Shown: piece by piece, positions 20,201 to 29,851 of the stretch
Layout of the letters: every line of letters begins with the position of its first letter
Position numbering within the stretch: position 1 is the first letter of the stretch
Virus record (IMG/VR): IMGVR_UViG_3300034117_002447
Location: 207,291-271,290 of that record
Length of the DNA: 64,000 bases
Direction: 5' to 3' (one strand)
Notes under the pieces: generated by a model
The model's database searches: none
The model's input: the letters and a program-made list of their open reading frames with translations, nothing else
Told to the model about the DNA's origin: nothing
Program-made: the position numbers and the translations under genes

Positions 20201-23200
20201 ATCCAAAGTCCGACTCTATATAAAACCACTCATGTGTCATTTTCTCAGGGGTAGGAGAAGTCTCTCTATGAGATGGCCCAAAATTGTCTTTTCCAAATAA
20301 CAAGTCTGAGTTTAGTCGGTATGGATTATCTCGACTATCACTAGAGTCTGCAATTCCCCATTTAGCAATGTATGGAATTACCCGACCATCTGTTGCAAAA
20401 TCAGAAATGAAATTTTCCAAGTTTGCATGATACTCACTAGATAAACTGCCAGACAAAAACTTTTCACGATACGGATATGTAGCTAAACTCGTAGAGGCTG
20501 ACGTATGATCCGCTTTTAAGCTGAATGGGCCTATATAGTCAAATGCGTCCTCGGTCTCGTCAAAGTAAGGAATATCGAGACGATTACTAAAGGCTGAATC
20601 TCCTGGGTCAAGCGTAGTTAGCGGCAATTTATTTCCATATATTAGGATAACGTCGCCGTCTATATTTTCAAAGTATGAAATTAAATCAGTATTTTGCCAT
20701 ATTAAATTACGTTCGCCACTTGCTGCAATATCAGTAGAATCGTAGATTGTTCCGTTTATTGAAATTGCACCGGTACCTATTGCTTTATACGTATACTTAG
20801 TAAAGTCAAGGACCTTTGCTCCAGCTGGAATGTAAAAATCTTTATATAAGTCAATTAGTAAATTTCTAGAATAGTCACTAGAATAAGTTGAGAAATTAAA
20901 ATCCATTGTCTCAAATATGGAAAGAACTCCTACGGTTGGTCTAAATAATTTACGAATTTCAATTTTTCCGTATTTGACATTAACTGTCTCGTCGTCAGTT
21001 AACTGAATGGTTGCCTTTGTGTTAAAATTAGAAATTGCTGATAGCTTAGCATCACTAGATAACCCATTAGTAATTAAGTCAGAGGCGTTGCATAATCGAC
21101 TAATGCTTGACCAGTTTTGATCAGTTTTAATTACTAGAGTATCTAGTAATTGAGTTAACTTGGAAATATTTCCAATATCAATTATTGCATGGGATTTATT
21201 TAAAAATCCACCATCTGCGTAAACAATATCAGTAGTTACTGAATTATTTAATTTGACAAAATTGTAACTACTTGAAACTGGAAGAACTTTAACTTTTAAT
21301 TCACCGTATGCATCTCCGAATCGATTTGTTTGTAGAAACGATGTAGTGTTTAAAGTTACTCCACTAATTGATGTATTATTTAGAATATCTGAGATATCGG
21401 ATATTGATTGTGCGATTTGATCGAGATCACGGTCGCCATTAACGTAGATAGTTGATATCCCTGCTGAATAGGCTAAAGTATACGGTGTAGTAATAGGTAA
21501 ATAATTTCGAGTAAATACAAGCTCATCGTATTTTCCATTTAGGTCTAGTGAATCAATAACTGATCCACTTGGGTGGTAGATTCGAATTTTATCTAAGTGG
21601 TTTGGCTTTGAAATAATTTCAATTGATATAGTTGATTTAGAGTCTTTCGTTGAAATCTCTGCAATCTCTTGAGTAACTAATTCTTTTGGGCCAAATGTTA
21701 AACCTAAATCAAATGAAGTATTGTCTATTTTAAAGTCAACAATACTACCAGATTGATTCCAATCTTCTGAATTTATTAAGTGAATATCTCCGTCTTTTGT
21801 TTTTAAGTATGGAAAGAATAATGTGTCTTTTGATGTACGGTTATTAGTTAGATCAGATAAGTCTTGCGTAAGATTCATACCTCTTAGTTTAACCCCAGTT
21901 GGATTAGTTAATAAAAATGATATGTCATCTGTTTGTTTATAGTTGATTGGTATCAACTGATCATTATCGATTCCAACATTTGCTAAATTAAGCAGTCCTC
22001 CAGTTGTAACTTCCTGAAATTTAGTAAATCCTCCAGCTACATAAATATGAGATTCATCATGAACCACTATATCAGTAACGGATTGAGGACTAAGGCCGGT
22101 TGAAGTATTAAATGAAAAATCAAGTTCTCCATTTTTAAATATTCTAGCAATTCCTCTAGCTGGAACTCCTTTATATGACGTGAATGCTCCACCTATGTAA
22201 AAATTTCCATTTAAGTCTAGTGATATTTTAGAAATGGTGCCATTTGCTCCAGTTTGATAATTAAATGCTAGATCGATTGCACCAGCCTCAGTTAATTTAA
22301 TTAATCGATTAACTGTATTTGAATTATAACTGGTGAATCCACCGGCTACATAAACTTCGCCTACTTCGTCTAACACAATATCATTTACAGTAGAGACATT
22401 ATTGAAACCAGTTCCATATACAAAAGTTGAATCGATAGTGGCGGTGTTCGTTAACTGAACAATGCCGTTTGCGGTGGTTCCTTTGTAGCTAGTAAAATCC
22501 CCAATTACAATAACTTTATTCGAGGAATTTACTATTAGTTTCTTAACTAGTCCGGCGCCTCCACTAAATCCAGTAGAGCCGACATCAAACGACGAGTCAG
22601 CGACTCCGTCTAAATTAATTTTAACTAGTCCAACTGATGGTAATACATCTCCACTATTTGTGTATTCGGTAAAAGTACCTCCAACGTAAATGTCCTGTGA
22701 TGGAGTTATGTGGATTGTACGTACAGTTGAGTCAAATGAAAAATCAGTCGATTCGATTGAACCGTCTGTATTTAATTTTATAAAATTGCTAATTGGTGTT
22801 CCATTATACGATAGCATTTCTCCACCAACGTATACTTTTCCAAATTTATCAAGTTCAATTGATTCAACTTTAGCTGGGGAAAAACCACTTCCGTAATGAA
22901 ATGAAAAGTCAATTTCGCCAGTTGAGTTAAGACGGATTATTCCATTTGCTGGATATCCATTATAACTAGTGAATGTTCCACCAATATACATTTTATCGGT
23001 AGCTGGATCAACTGTTATTGTTTTAACTGTGCCTCCACCTATTTCTGAACTAGCAAGAGCAGTTGATATGTCTATTGAATCTGATGCTGTGATTTTTGAA
23101 TTAAACATTGCAGTTAAGTCAATATCAAATGTTTCTAAATCAATATCGTTGCAATAGAATCCAAAATACCTATTAAATTCGTAAGGGTTAGACGTATCGT

Positions 23201-24038
23201 CATTAAATAAAAATTCCAGATTTAAAATACTAGGGTGAACTATATTATTTCTCTCAAATCCTTGAGTTATAAATTGCTCAACTTTTAATAATGGAAGAGC
23301 TCTAGTTAAGACCGTACTTAATTGCTCAGGAAGTTCAACGTATGTTCCAGTTTTAATAGAAGGACCTCGGTATATCGAAAACCCGTCCGCTTTATAATTA
23401 ACATAAAGTGGATTTTTTGTAAACATTGGATTCTTCTTTATGTTTTCCAAGTATTTTCCTATCTTGGAAGTAGGCCCCATGTCAAATACTTTAACGACGG
23501 TCGCATTTTTAAATAAGTCAGTTGCGAAATCCTCAGGTTTAACAATACCGTCTAGGTCCTTTCCTTGGCCAGCTGTATAGTTAGAAGGCCCAGGAACTTT
23601 AAATATTACGAATTTAGTCGGAATGATTTGGTCTACGTATAATGGAGCTAAGTAAGTAAATTTCTCAGAGTATTGTCTACTTGATAAGTACTTCGCGCCA
23701 CTTGTATACAAGTCAAAGTCATATTGATCTTTTAGATCTTTAGCTGTCGCGGTTTTCCCAATAGTTGAACCAACTTCATAGGCAATAGTGGATGGAGTTT
23801 TTCCATTATCATAGAACTTATATAAATTAACTTCATGGCTTGAATTCTCATTTATTGAGAATCGTTTGTATTTTTGATTCGCTAATTTTTCGTTAGCGTC
23901 AATTGAATTAAACCACAGATCTCCAACTGAATCAACGGTTAACTTTAAATTAGTTGTTAATTTAGGGTTAGTTCGTAATAATTGAAAACTGACATTTCTC
24001 TCAGCTAATTGAGTGTATGTTAAATTTGGATTCGCCAC
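17205..24038 (-). CDS. Large virion structural protein (2277 aa) containing a seven-repeat delta-60-like beta-propeller
   Basis: Seven [VI]Y[VI]GG.FTSY.G...LN.DG.ID..F repeats at ~22000-23020. Located in the late operon. Confidence 0.7.
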   Translation of the reverse strand: MANPNLTYTQLAERNVSFQLLRTNPKLTTNLKLTVDSVGDLWFNSIDANEKLANQKYKRFSINENSSHEVNLYKFYDNGKTPSTIAYEVGSTIGKTATAKDLKDQYDFDLYTSGAKYLSSRQYSEKFTYLAPLYVDQIIPTKFVIFKVPGPSNYTAGQGKDLDGIVKPEDFATDLFKNATVVKVFDMGPTSKIGKYLENIKKNPMFTKNPLYVNYKADGFSIYRGPSIKTGTYVELPEQLSTVLTRALPLLKVEQFITQGFERNNIVHPSILNLEFLFNDDTSNPYEFNRYFGFYCNDIDLETFDIDLTAMFNSKITASDSIDISTALASSEIGGGTVKTITVDPATDKMYIGGTFTSYNGYPANGIIRLNSTGEIDFSFHYGSGFSPAKVESIELDKFGKVYVGGEMLSYNGTPISNFIKLNTDGSIESTDFSFDSTVRTIHITPSQDIYVGGTFTEYTNSGDVLPSVGLVKINLDGVADSSFDVGSTGFSGGAGLVKKLIVNSSNKVIVIGDFTSYKGTTANGIVQLTNTATIDSTFVYGTGFNNVSTVNDIVLDEVGEVYVAGGFTSYNSNTVNRLIKLTEAGAIDLAFNYQTGANGTISKISLDLNGNFYIGGAFTSYKGVPARGIARIFKNGELDFSFNTSTGLSPQSVTDIVVHDESHIYVAGGFTKFQEVTTGGLLNLANVGIDNDQLIPINYKQTDDISFLLTNPTGVKLRGMNLTQDLSDLTNNRTSKDTLFFPYLKTKDGDIHLINSEDWNQSGSIVDFKIDNTSFDLGLTFGPKELVTQEIAEISTKDSKSTISIEIISKPNHLDKIRIYHPSGSVIDSLDLNGKYDELVFTRNYLPITTPYTLAYSAGISTIYVNGDRDLDQIAQSISDISDILNNTSISGVTLNTTSFLQTNRFGDAYGELKVKVLPVSSSYNFVKLNNSVTTDIVYADGGFLNKSHAIIDIGNISKLTQLLDTLVIKTDQNWSSISRLCNASDLITNGLSSDAKLSAISNFNTKATIQLTDDETVNVKYGKIEIRKLFRPTVGVLSIFETMDFNFSTYSSDYSRNLLIDLYKDFYIPAGAKVLDFTKYTYKAIGTGAISINGTIYDSTDIAASGERNLIWQNTDLISYFENIDGDVILIYGNKLPLTTLDPGDSAFSNRLDIPYFDETEDAFDYIGPFSLKADHTSASTSLATYPYREKFLSGSLSSEYHANLENFISDFATDGRVIPYIAKWGIADSSDSRDNPYRLNSDLLFGKDNFGPSHRETSPTPEKMTHEWFYIESDFGYSDDIKSIRNNYSYFNENLNINSLISDSNYFEQYFTYVPVINSIQIARPQYRYSILNKNQFNKQYETLFKGAMFRFYELAQNGSAVSDTLRFEDYKFSVILKPVKEDPTINRQPVKYRVIENTNSKSITVVIELVLGHKELLPETILSSNWSAGTNDQVTQANLFTGSVMSSPVNYQIDQEITAASLLEYNNLISGSSAISASPGDTIQVVYGNKSTILATLGSPVYEAVSNSLISTGDKLGTRIYAKVDQSTPIILTSGVYSGVRIQGVFEDAWVNQVSGIVGTIIADDDPIGATVTHFALSSTSATPAQSVTGYFQFNDGGGINQTEILDELLSTNTRFSLIYSDISSIVYNEAVYEVDPSTLSSSNGVYDFDVTYISGSLGSASYDEPILFRADWSVPTQNSTFSVYHKVSYMDSLFGDYRISFNSNSVSNLTHSFLYYAKDKKYNTKATAYSTIKLSRGVNLSASGLNLNPSTLVIESIRTSLLPGLESYDALADSEINRISNDFAPLYIIKAGEKSVLLKLAAGVSVTTAALGNSALTIDGVDGALQDVVNITNISGQPYTIIPLPTGLGDLVQYVYSANPVPNNTTSYWIEDINQFQIFGGVKYFEKVFENLSFAKFLNLTEKSQGVISWESYTDGILTPYKTMAIEIVQADQINKSTIVKLDQVEVNSGQINGVAGFAYSEVPSQEYSVNRYSSEYEVLTKPVAGFKYEFSINDNILHGANVCLNPYVDNFFIIKDYEFVKYSKSSILDLENSQKYSSVYPYIGETPISRTDFNMLSSSWDYGYHFEYSNKTDYVKVPGTRRVTEDYSFISKLLNVPMQFIMEDFTSIELNNTDFLASSATQANIVYSQFATEIKFKLNIPDLITKHLSNNGLRDQFLKFFKYSNGSQITTDPVFLDQLTFEEYLSQYCSTNLTKLYQVEAFEFYELDDRTINNNLVSFESVEYDLLGDLGYDLIRSVRINNTKSNVIEGSILIKPNTGVKLVPKIKIKFI

Positions 24039-24053
24039 TATTTAATTTTTATT

Positions 24054-27000
24054 TTAAGCAGAAGCACTTATCCCAGTTGAGTTAATCGATAATTGACTTA
24101 CTGGAGTAACTACTGCTGTTTCTTTCTCGTATTGTGTTTTAACAGTTACATCAAATGAGAAAACTGAATTTAATGAGTAAATATCAATTCCTATTTTCTT
24201 AGAGTACTTAACATTTTTTAATCCAGCTGGAACAGCTGAACGCCATCCGCCTACATAGCCTAGGGCATCAGATGCTCGGAATTGGAAGATTAATGGAATC
24301 TTAATTGCTGAGTCTGCTCCGAACTCCAACATTTTTTGTGAACCTGCTGGGCTTAATCCGTCTACTGATATATTAGCATGAGAAGATGGTGCAATTGATA
24401 AGTAAGCACCACATGTGTACTTACCAATTAAGTAAGCGTCTTCTATTAAATATCCATTTTTTATAGGATATTGGTTTTCTCTCATGTTTGCACTTGTAAC
24501 TGGGGCAGTAACGTTTACTGGAGCAGCATCACTGTACACTGCTTGTTGGTAATGTAGTGCGCCGAACGCGTTTGTTCCCTCAGCTTCAGTTATCTCAGAG
24601 TGAATTGCTTGGCTAAACGGTAAATACAGTTGATTAGTTGCGCCAGTCGAATACGCTGGTCTAGCAATAGTCAATGTTGTATTATTCCAAGCGATATTGT
24701 ATGCACCGCCTACTTTAATGTATGGGTGGTCTTTATGAATACAGAATTCGCTTAGTTTTCCTCCGCCGATTGGAGCTTGGTTTGCATCAAGAGTTCCATT
24801 CCAAACTTTAGGATTAGCACTAGTTGCATATCCTGGAATAGTGGTTAGAGTTGGGTTAAATGGTAAATAGTGTCCGTATACGTAAGGTACAGTTACTGCA
24901 CTGACGGTTCTTCCATTATATGCATAATTTCCGGAAACGGCATTTGAATAAGTAACGCCGACTGCTAAATTATCTCCAGAGTACAGAGTATTTGCAAGAG
25001 TTACGTTTTTATATCTAGAATAAACAAATTGGCTCTTTACTTGAGACGACTGGTATGCATCCTTTTGAATAAACGATCCTAATACTGAAGTAGTTGAATT
25101 GTTAATTGCAATAGGAGCTGTGTCATATCTTAGGTTAGTATGATAATTTACCGTAGGGTAGGCAGTTGGATCAGATAGAGTTGCGGTTTCTCCAATTCCC
25201 CCGTTTAATGTTGAAATTAATTGAAGAGGAGTTTGTGAAGTATTTTGCAGTTGAATTAAGTATTGAACTGCTACTACTTTACCGTGGTTATATGCAACTG
25301 GAGTTACGCTAGTATCTTTGATTAAATCTTTGTAGTATCCAGCGAATAGTTCAAGGCTTTGACCGTTAGTTAAAGTCTTGGTATTACCTACTTGATCAAC
25401 GATACTTACAGTTAATGCACCAGCACCAGTAGATAAGGCCGTCTGTACAGCGGAAAGAGAATCTGATATAGATTTCAATTTAGTGTATAGATCAACAATA
25501 TTTCCATCAGTTGCAAAGAATCCACTTGCAATATCTTCTGATTTATGAGCGTAGTACTTATCTCTAGTAGTAAATGAAGTTCCTAAGTGAATGTCTAATC
25601 CCTTTGAGTTAAGCTCTTCTTGAAATGATATTTTAGTTTCTTCAGCAAATGCCTGTTGAGAAACAATTGTTGCATCTTCGGCAGTTTCGATATTTGCTGG
25701 AAATTCAACTAAAATACTATCAGACCATGCGGATTCAACTGGTGAATCAGGCCATCCAGCTTCAGATAAACTCTTTATTCTAATTTCAAGAACTTCTCCT
25801 TTTTTAATTGGAATATCTAATTGGTTTGAATTTACTTCGTTTGGATCAGAGATATTTTCATCTGCCCATTCATAGAATCCAGTCGCTGAATTATAAATTT
25901 TAGCTCTAGACTTAGATTTGAATTCTGTCCATGGAGAAAATGCTCCAGTAACTTTATTTCCGCTTGCGTCAACAAACTCAAGTTGATCAGCAGGTTTAGT
26001 GCTTCCAGTTTTACTTAGTGTTCGATATGCTATTTTAAACTGAGCTACTTGTTGAACTCCATGTAAAGTAGTTCTAGGTTCAGGTATTGCCCAAAATCCT
26101 CTAACACTATACATTGGATTAGTTATAAAGCTGGGAGTTGATTTAATTGAGGTGGTAATATCTGAAATTAAACTTTGCTGACTTTTAGTCAAAGTCAATC
26201 GCTTATCCGCAAAATTAGTTAAGTCCTTTTGTAGTTTTAGTCGCTGTGCTTCATTTAATGAAGCGTTTGTGTTTAAATTAGCTCTAGTATCAGAAATCTG
26301 AGTATCAATTTCCCTAATTTGAGAAGAGGCTTGCTCTTTTGCTGAAATTTTTTGCTTAATACCTAACGTATTATCAGCGTCTTGAATGTGCTGATCAGTT
26401 TGAATAACTTTAAAATTTTCCGCAGCGATAGTTACGGTATTTGGAGTATCTCCTAGAGCTGAAGGTAATTTTTTCTCTTTAGCATAACTTAGGAATAACA
26501 TACCGAAATCAGAAACGAATGTCTGGTAAAAATCAGTTAGCGTCATTTGTTTTCCGTTATTCATTGTAATCTGTAACTCATTGGTTAAGATTCCAAATCC
26601 TTGCGAAAATTGATCAGTCGTGACGGCTAGTCGGTCGCTTATTGGTTTTAAGAAGATAATATTTCTTTCGTTATAACCTAGGTTTAATTGAACTAATGAA
26701 GACCTAGTTAAAATAGGTTTCATTCTTAGTTGGGCTGCGCCGACTGCTAATCCATCAACTCCAAAAGTATTTTCCAGAATAATGGTTTTTGAGTTTGAGT
26801 CAACTGACTTAATTTTATACTCTGAATTATTTGAGCTGATTAAGATATTTCCAGCCTGTAGAGTTTTTTCAACGTCTCCACTAGTTGCTAAACTTGTGTA
26901 TTTTAAAGAGCTTAAACGATACTTACGAACCTGCTCAGTTAAAGTTTGTCCGCCAATTACGGCAGTAGATGAATCTTCTAAAATATCTAAAATATCAAAT

Positions 27001-27653
27001 GTTCCCCTAACTGTATTTGTTGCTGGCGGTAGAGTCAATTCGCTTGAATCTTCGAAATAATCGATAGCCCTAGTCCCTAAATCGCTAATTACTGCAGAAT
27101 ATGAAAGGTTATTTATGCCTTTGTAATTTGTATCAAAATATGCAATTTCAGTAGCAGATGTTGAAGTAATGATCAATCGCCTAACTTCAAAACGGTTAAT
27201 ATCTGGATCAGTTGTTAAAGTTGCTGTGTCGATATTAATATACAATAATGGATTTAAGAATGATTCAAAAAACCAGTTAGTTTTGTAATTAAAACTTGAA
27301 GGTACGGCAACTCCAGTATTAGTAACATTTTCTAGATCAGAGATTACTGAAGAAATATCTTTTAATTCAAATGTTCTAAGATTTCCATCTGCATCCTTTA
27401 CTCCTAATTGATTTGCATTGCCGCTTAGTAATTCAGTAATTTTAGCATCAAGGTTGGAAACTCTATTGTCTAGATAGGTAAATGACGGGATTGTGAACAC
27501 TTGAGTAGAACCGTCTTGTAAAGTTTGATTTACATTGACGCTTTTTGCGGTTGTGGAAAGTGATGTAGAAAGTTTTAATAAAAACTCCTGCATATTGTTA
27601 ACATCAACTCCAAGTTCTGCTAAGTAATCCGTTAATGATGATTTGTCTGCCAT
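24054..27653 (-). CDS. Virion structural protein with a coiled-coil segment (1199 aa)
   Basis: Long ORF tightly packed in the structural operon, with a heptad-like segment KQKISAKEQASSQIREIDTQIS...QRLKLQKDL. Confidence 0.6.
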   Translation of the reverse strand: MADKSSLTDYLAELGVDVNNMQEFLLKLSTSLSTTAKSVNVNQTLQDGSTQVFTIPSFTYLDNRVSNLDAKITELLSGNANQLGVKDADGNLRTFELKDISSVISDLENVTNTGVAVPSSFNYKTNWFFESFLNPLLYINIDTATLTTDPDINRFEVRRLIITSTSATEIAYFDTNYKGINNLSYSAVISDLGTRAIDYFEDSSELTLPPATNTVRGTFDILDILEDSSTAVIGGQTLTEQVRKYRLSSLKYTSLATSGDVEKTLQAGNILISSNNSEYKIKSVDSNSKTIILENTFGVDGLAVGAAQLRMKPILTRSSLVQLNLGYNERNIIFLKPISDRLAVTTDQFSQGFGILTNELQITMNNGKQMTLTDFYQTFVSDFGMLFLSYAKEKKLPSALGDTPNTVTIAAENFKVIQTDQHIQDADNTLGIKQKISAKEQASSQIREIDTQISDTRANLNTNASLNEAQRLKLQKDLTNFADKRLTLTKSQQSLISDITTSIKSTPSFITNPMYSVRGFWAIPEPRTTLHGVQQVAQFKIAYRTLSKTGSTKPADQLEFVDASGNKVTGAFSPWTEFKSKSRAKIYNSATGFYEWADENISDPNEVNSNQLDIPIKKGEVLEIRIKSLSEAGWPDSPVESAWSDSILVEFPANIETAEDATIVSQQAFAEETKISFQEELNSKGLDIHLGTSFTTRDKYYAHKSEDIASGFFATDGNIVDLYTKLKSISDSLSAVQTALSTGAGALTVSIVDQVGNTKTLTNGQSLELFAGYYKDLIKDTSVTPVAYNHGKVVAVQYLIQLQNTSQTPLQLISTLNGGIGETATLSDPTAYPTVNYHTNLRYDTAPIAINNSTTSVLGSFIQKDAYQSSQVKSQFVYSRYKNVTLANTLYSGDNLAVGVTYSNAVSGNYAYNGRTVSAVTVPYVYGHYLPFNPTLTTIPGYATSANPKVWNGTLDANQAPIGGGKLSEFCIHKDHPYIKVGGAYNIAWNNTTLTIARPAYSTGATNQLYLPFSQAIHSEITEAEGTNAFGALHYQQAVYSDAAPVNVTAPVTSANMRENQYPIKNGYLIEDAYLIGKYTCGAYLSIAPSSHANISVDGLSPAGSQKMLEFGADSAIKIPLIFQFRASDALGYVGGWRSAVPAGLKNVKYSKKIGIDIYSLNSVFSFDVTVKTQYEKETAVVTPVSQLSINSTGISASA

Positions 27654-27658
27654 TTAGT

Positions 27659-29839
27659 TTATCTTATTATTTTATCAACCGCAAACGTTAAAGTTTCAGC
27701 ATTTGTACAAACAATTTCTATAATAGGCTTAGCAGTTCTTCCGTAGTTTGTTGGAAAATCCGCAGCGGTTAATGTTGCTATAAGTACGCTGTTTGCTGAC
27801 AGTGCATTTGTGATGTTTTGTGAATCAGTTTTTAGTGTTATTGTGTACGGCCCAGGAATAATTGGAGAGTCACATACTACTTTAAGTAGCTGACCCTTCT
27901 TCCAAGTATTAATAGAATCATCTATGTAAATCGTTAAATCTTGAGAAAGATTAAATGGAATTGGGCTACTTGATCCATTTAATTTTAGATGTCGGATTTG
28001 AGTTGATGAGATTCCTAATGAAACGGTTTTTACGCCTAATGCATTTGTACTAAAGTCGACTTCGGTTATATCTGAATAGCCTTGAACGTTTGATCCTATT
28101 GTAATTTGACCTGGGATAAGTTTTCCAAGAGAAATTCCGTAACCTGGCTTGAATGCATCCATATTATATGATATTTGCAATGAAGTTGTTCCTGTTAAAA
28201 TCTCGTCTATTCTATCATTTGTGCTCCCGATTAAATCCATAATTGCAGTTGACTCGGCAAAGGCTGCACTTGATGCAGAAACAGTTGTTTCCAATACGGC
28301 GATTCTTTTAGCTAAGCTAGACATCGCAGTTGAATTTAATAATGCGTCTTTTGCGGTATCGACGTTAACTCTTAAATTCTCAAGAGCCGCTAATTTATCG
28401 TTAAATTTAGTTTGAAGCTGTCTAATTTCAGTCAATACATCGGTAAACAAGTTCAATGAAAATGTATTGTAGTCATTAATTGATTTTTCAACTGAAACAT
28501 CTTCAATTGAAGTATCAAATTTAAGGTTTACTTTGAATGCAAACGAGTTACCATTAGTTTTATTAATAGTATCCGGTTTGTTTTTGGTGATCATTGGGAT
28601 AATAAATTCACTTCCGCTTTGAACCACTCGGTTTAGGAAGTAAACTCCATATAAGTTAGAAACGCTAACTGGTTCGGTGCCGGCTACCGCGTTTGGCGCT
28701 GGATCATATACGTCATAGTAAACTAAAATTGCATTAAATTCAAAATCCTCATTTCCAACGCTGTCATTTAGTTGAGAGAATGATTTGATTGTTGTATTTT
28801 GAGAAGCAATTAAGTAGTCAGTTAAGTCAAAATCAATAGTCATACCGTCGTGGGTTGATCTAAGGTACTCGACTGTTCTGGTATTTAAACCTGCAGTGTA
28901 GGTCTTTTTGATTCTTTGAGTTTTTGGAGCAGAGCTTCCAGTATTGTAAGGTGTTCCAAAGTATGCAGCCTGATCAGTGTAATATGAATTATTGACAGAT
29001 GATGCTCCCCACCAGAATCCGGTAGCAACCGGTGTAGTATTTAAAATATTCGAAGTATATGTAGTTACCGCGTTTGAATCTAAGTCATAAAACGCTTCTA
29101 ACCCCATTCCAGCAAATGGATGAGTGTCTGTGTAGTGTCTACCGTTTAAGTATTCCGCGTCAAGTGGATCCCCTGGCGTATTTACGATTACCATTCCTGG
29201 ACCGTAATTCTCGTCAGGCTTTGACTTGAATAAGACAGTTGGAGTAGTTCCAACATTAGTTGGCACGTGAATGTACAATTCGCTGTATGAATTATCTTTG
29301 CTGCGAACTGAGTTAACTACATCAATTTCTCCAATATACTTAACTACTCGGTCATAGGTAGAAGTAGTTGGATCGTACCAGTCTTCTGCCCATCTTTTTT
29401 CACTAACCGGTAGTGATTGATTAACTTCAGTTGAGTTAGCGTCTCTCCAACGAACTGCTCCAAGCTCCTTTAACCACTTCCAAAAAACTCTTTCGGAAAC
29501 ATTTAGCTTTTTTTCTCGATTGTATGACGATTGTGAAATCAGCAAACTCTCGAAATTTAGAGCGTAATTTTGGAAACTTTGAGCTAGGTTAATATTTTCA
29601 TTTACTGATAAATTATTAATGATTGGAGTTTCACCTTGCGCAATAAACTGTACTTTGTTATCAGTTTCCATAGTAGTTGGTATACCTATTTCTGGAATAC
29701 GTAACAGGGCGAATTTAGAAAACTTAAACTTATTTGTATTATTGTTAAATGTTAAGCTTAAGTCTTCAATCGCACTTTGAAAAGAATAGAACATTCCTTT
29801 CTGGGTTTGAATTGGTTTTATTAATGGTGCAACTGCCAT
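27659..29839 (-). CDS. Virion structural (baseplate/tail-associated) protein (726 aa)
   Basis: Operon context. Coiled-coil LTEIRQLQTKFNDKLAALENL followed by a beta-rich C-terminus. Confidence 0.55.
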   Translation of the reverse strand: MAVAPLIKPIQTQKGMFYSFQSAIEDLSLTFNNNTNKFKFSKFALLRIPEIGIPTTMETDNKVQFIAQGETPIINNLSVNENINLAQSFQNYALNFESLLISQSSYNREKKLNVSERVFWKWLKELGAVRWRDANSTEVNQSLPVSEKRWAEDWYDPTTSTYDRVVKYIGEIDVVNSVRSKDNSYSELYIHVPTNVGTTPTVLFKSKPDENYGPGMVIVNTPGDPLDAEYLNGRHYTDTHPFAGMGLEAFYDLDSNAVTTYTSNILNTTPVATGFWWGASSVNNSYYTDQAAYFGTPYNTGSSAPKTQRIKKTYTAGLNTRTVEYLRSTHDGMTIDFDLTDYLIASQNTTIKSFSQLNDSVGNEDFEFNAILVYYDVYDPAPNAVAGTEPVSVSNLYGVYFLNRVVQSGSEFIIPMITKNKPDTINKTNGNSFAFKVNLKFDTSIEDVSVEKSINDYNTFSLNLFTDVLTEIRQLQTKFNDKLAALENLRVNVDTAKDALLNSTAMSSLAKRIAVLETTVSASSAAFAESTAIMDLIGSTNDRIDEILTGTTSLQISYNMDAFKPGYGISLGKLIPGQITIGSNVQGYSDITEVDFSTNALGVKTVSLGISSTQIRHLKLNGSSSPIPFNLSQDLTIYIDDSINTWKKGQLLKVVCDSPIIPGPYTITLKTDSQNITNALSANSVLIATLTAADFPTNYGRTAKPIIEIVCTNAETLTFAVDKIIR

Positions 29840-29851
29840 AGTAGTTAGTTA

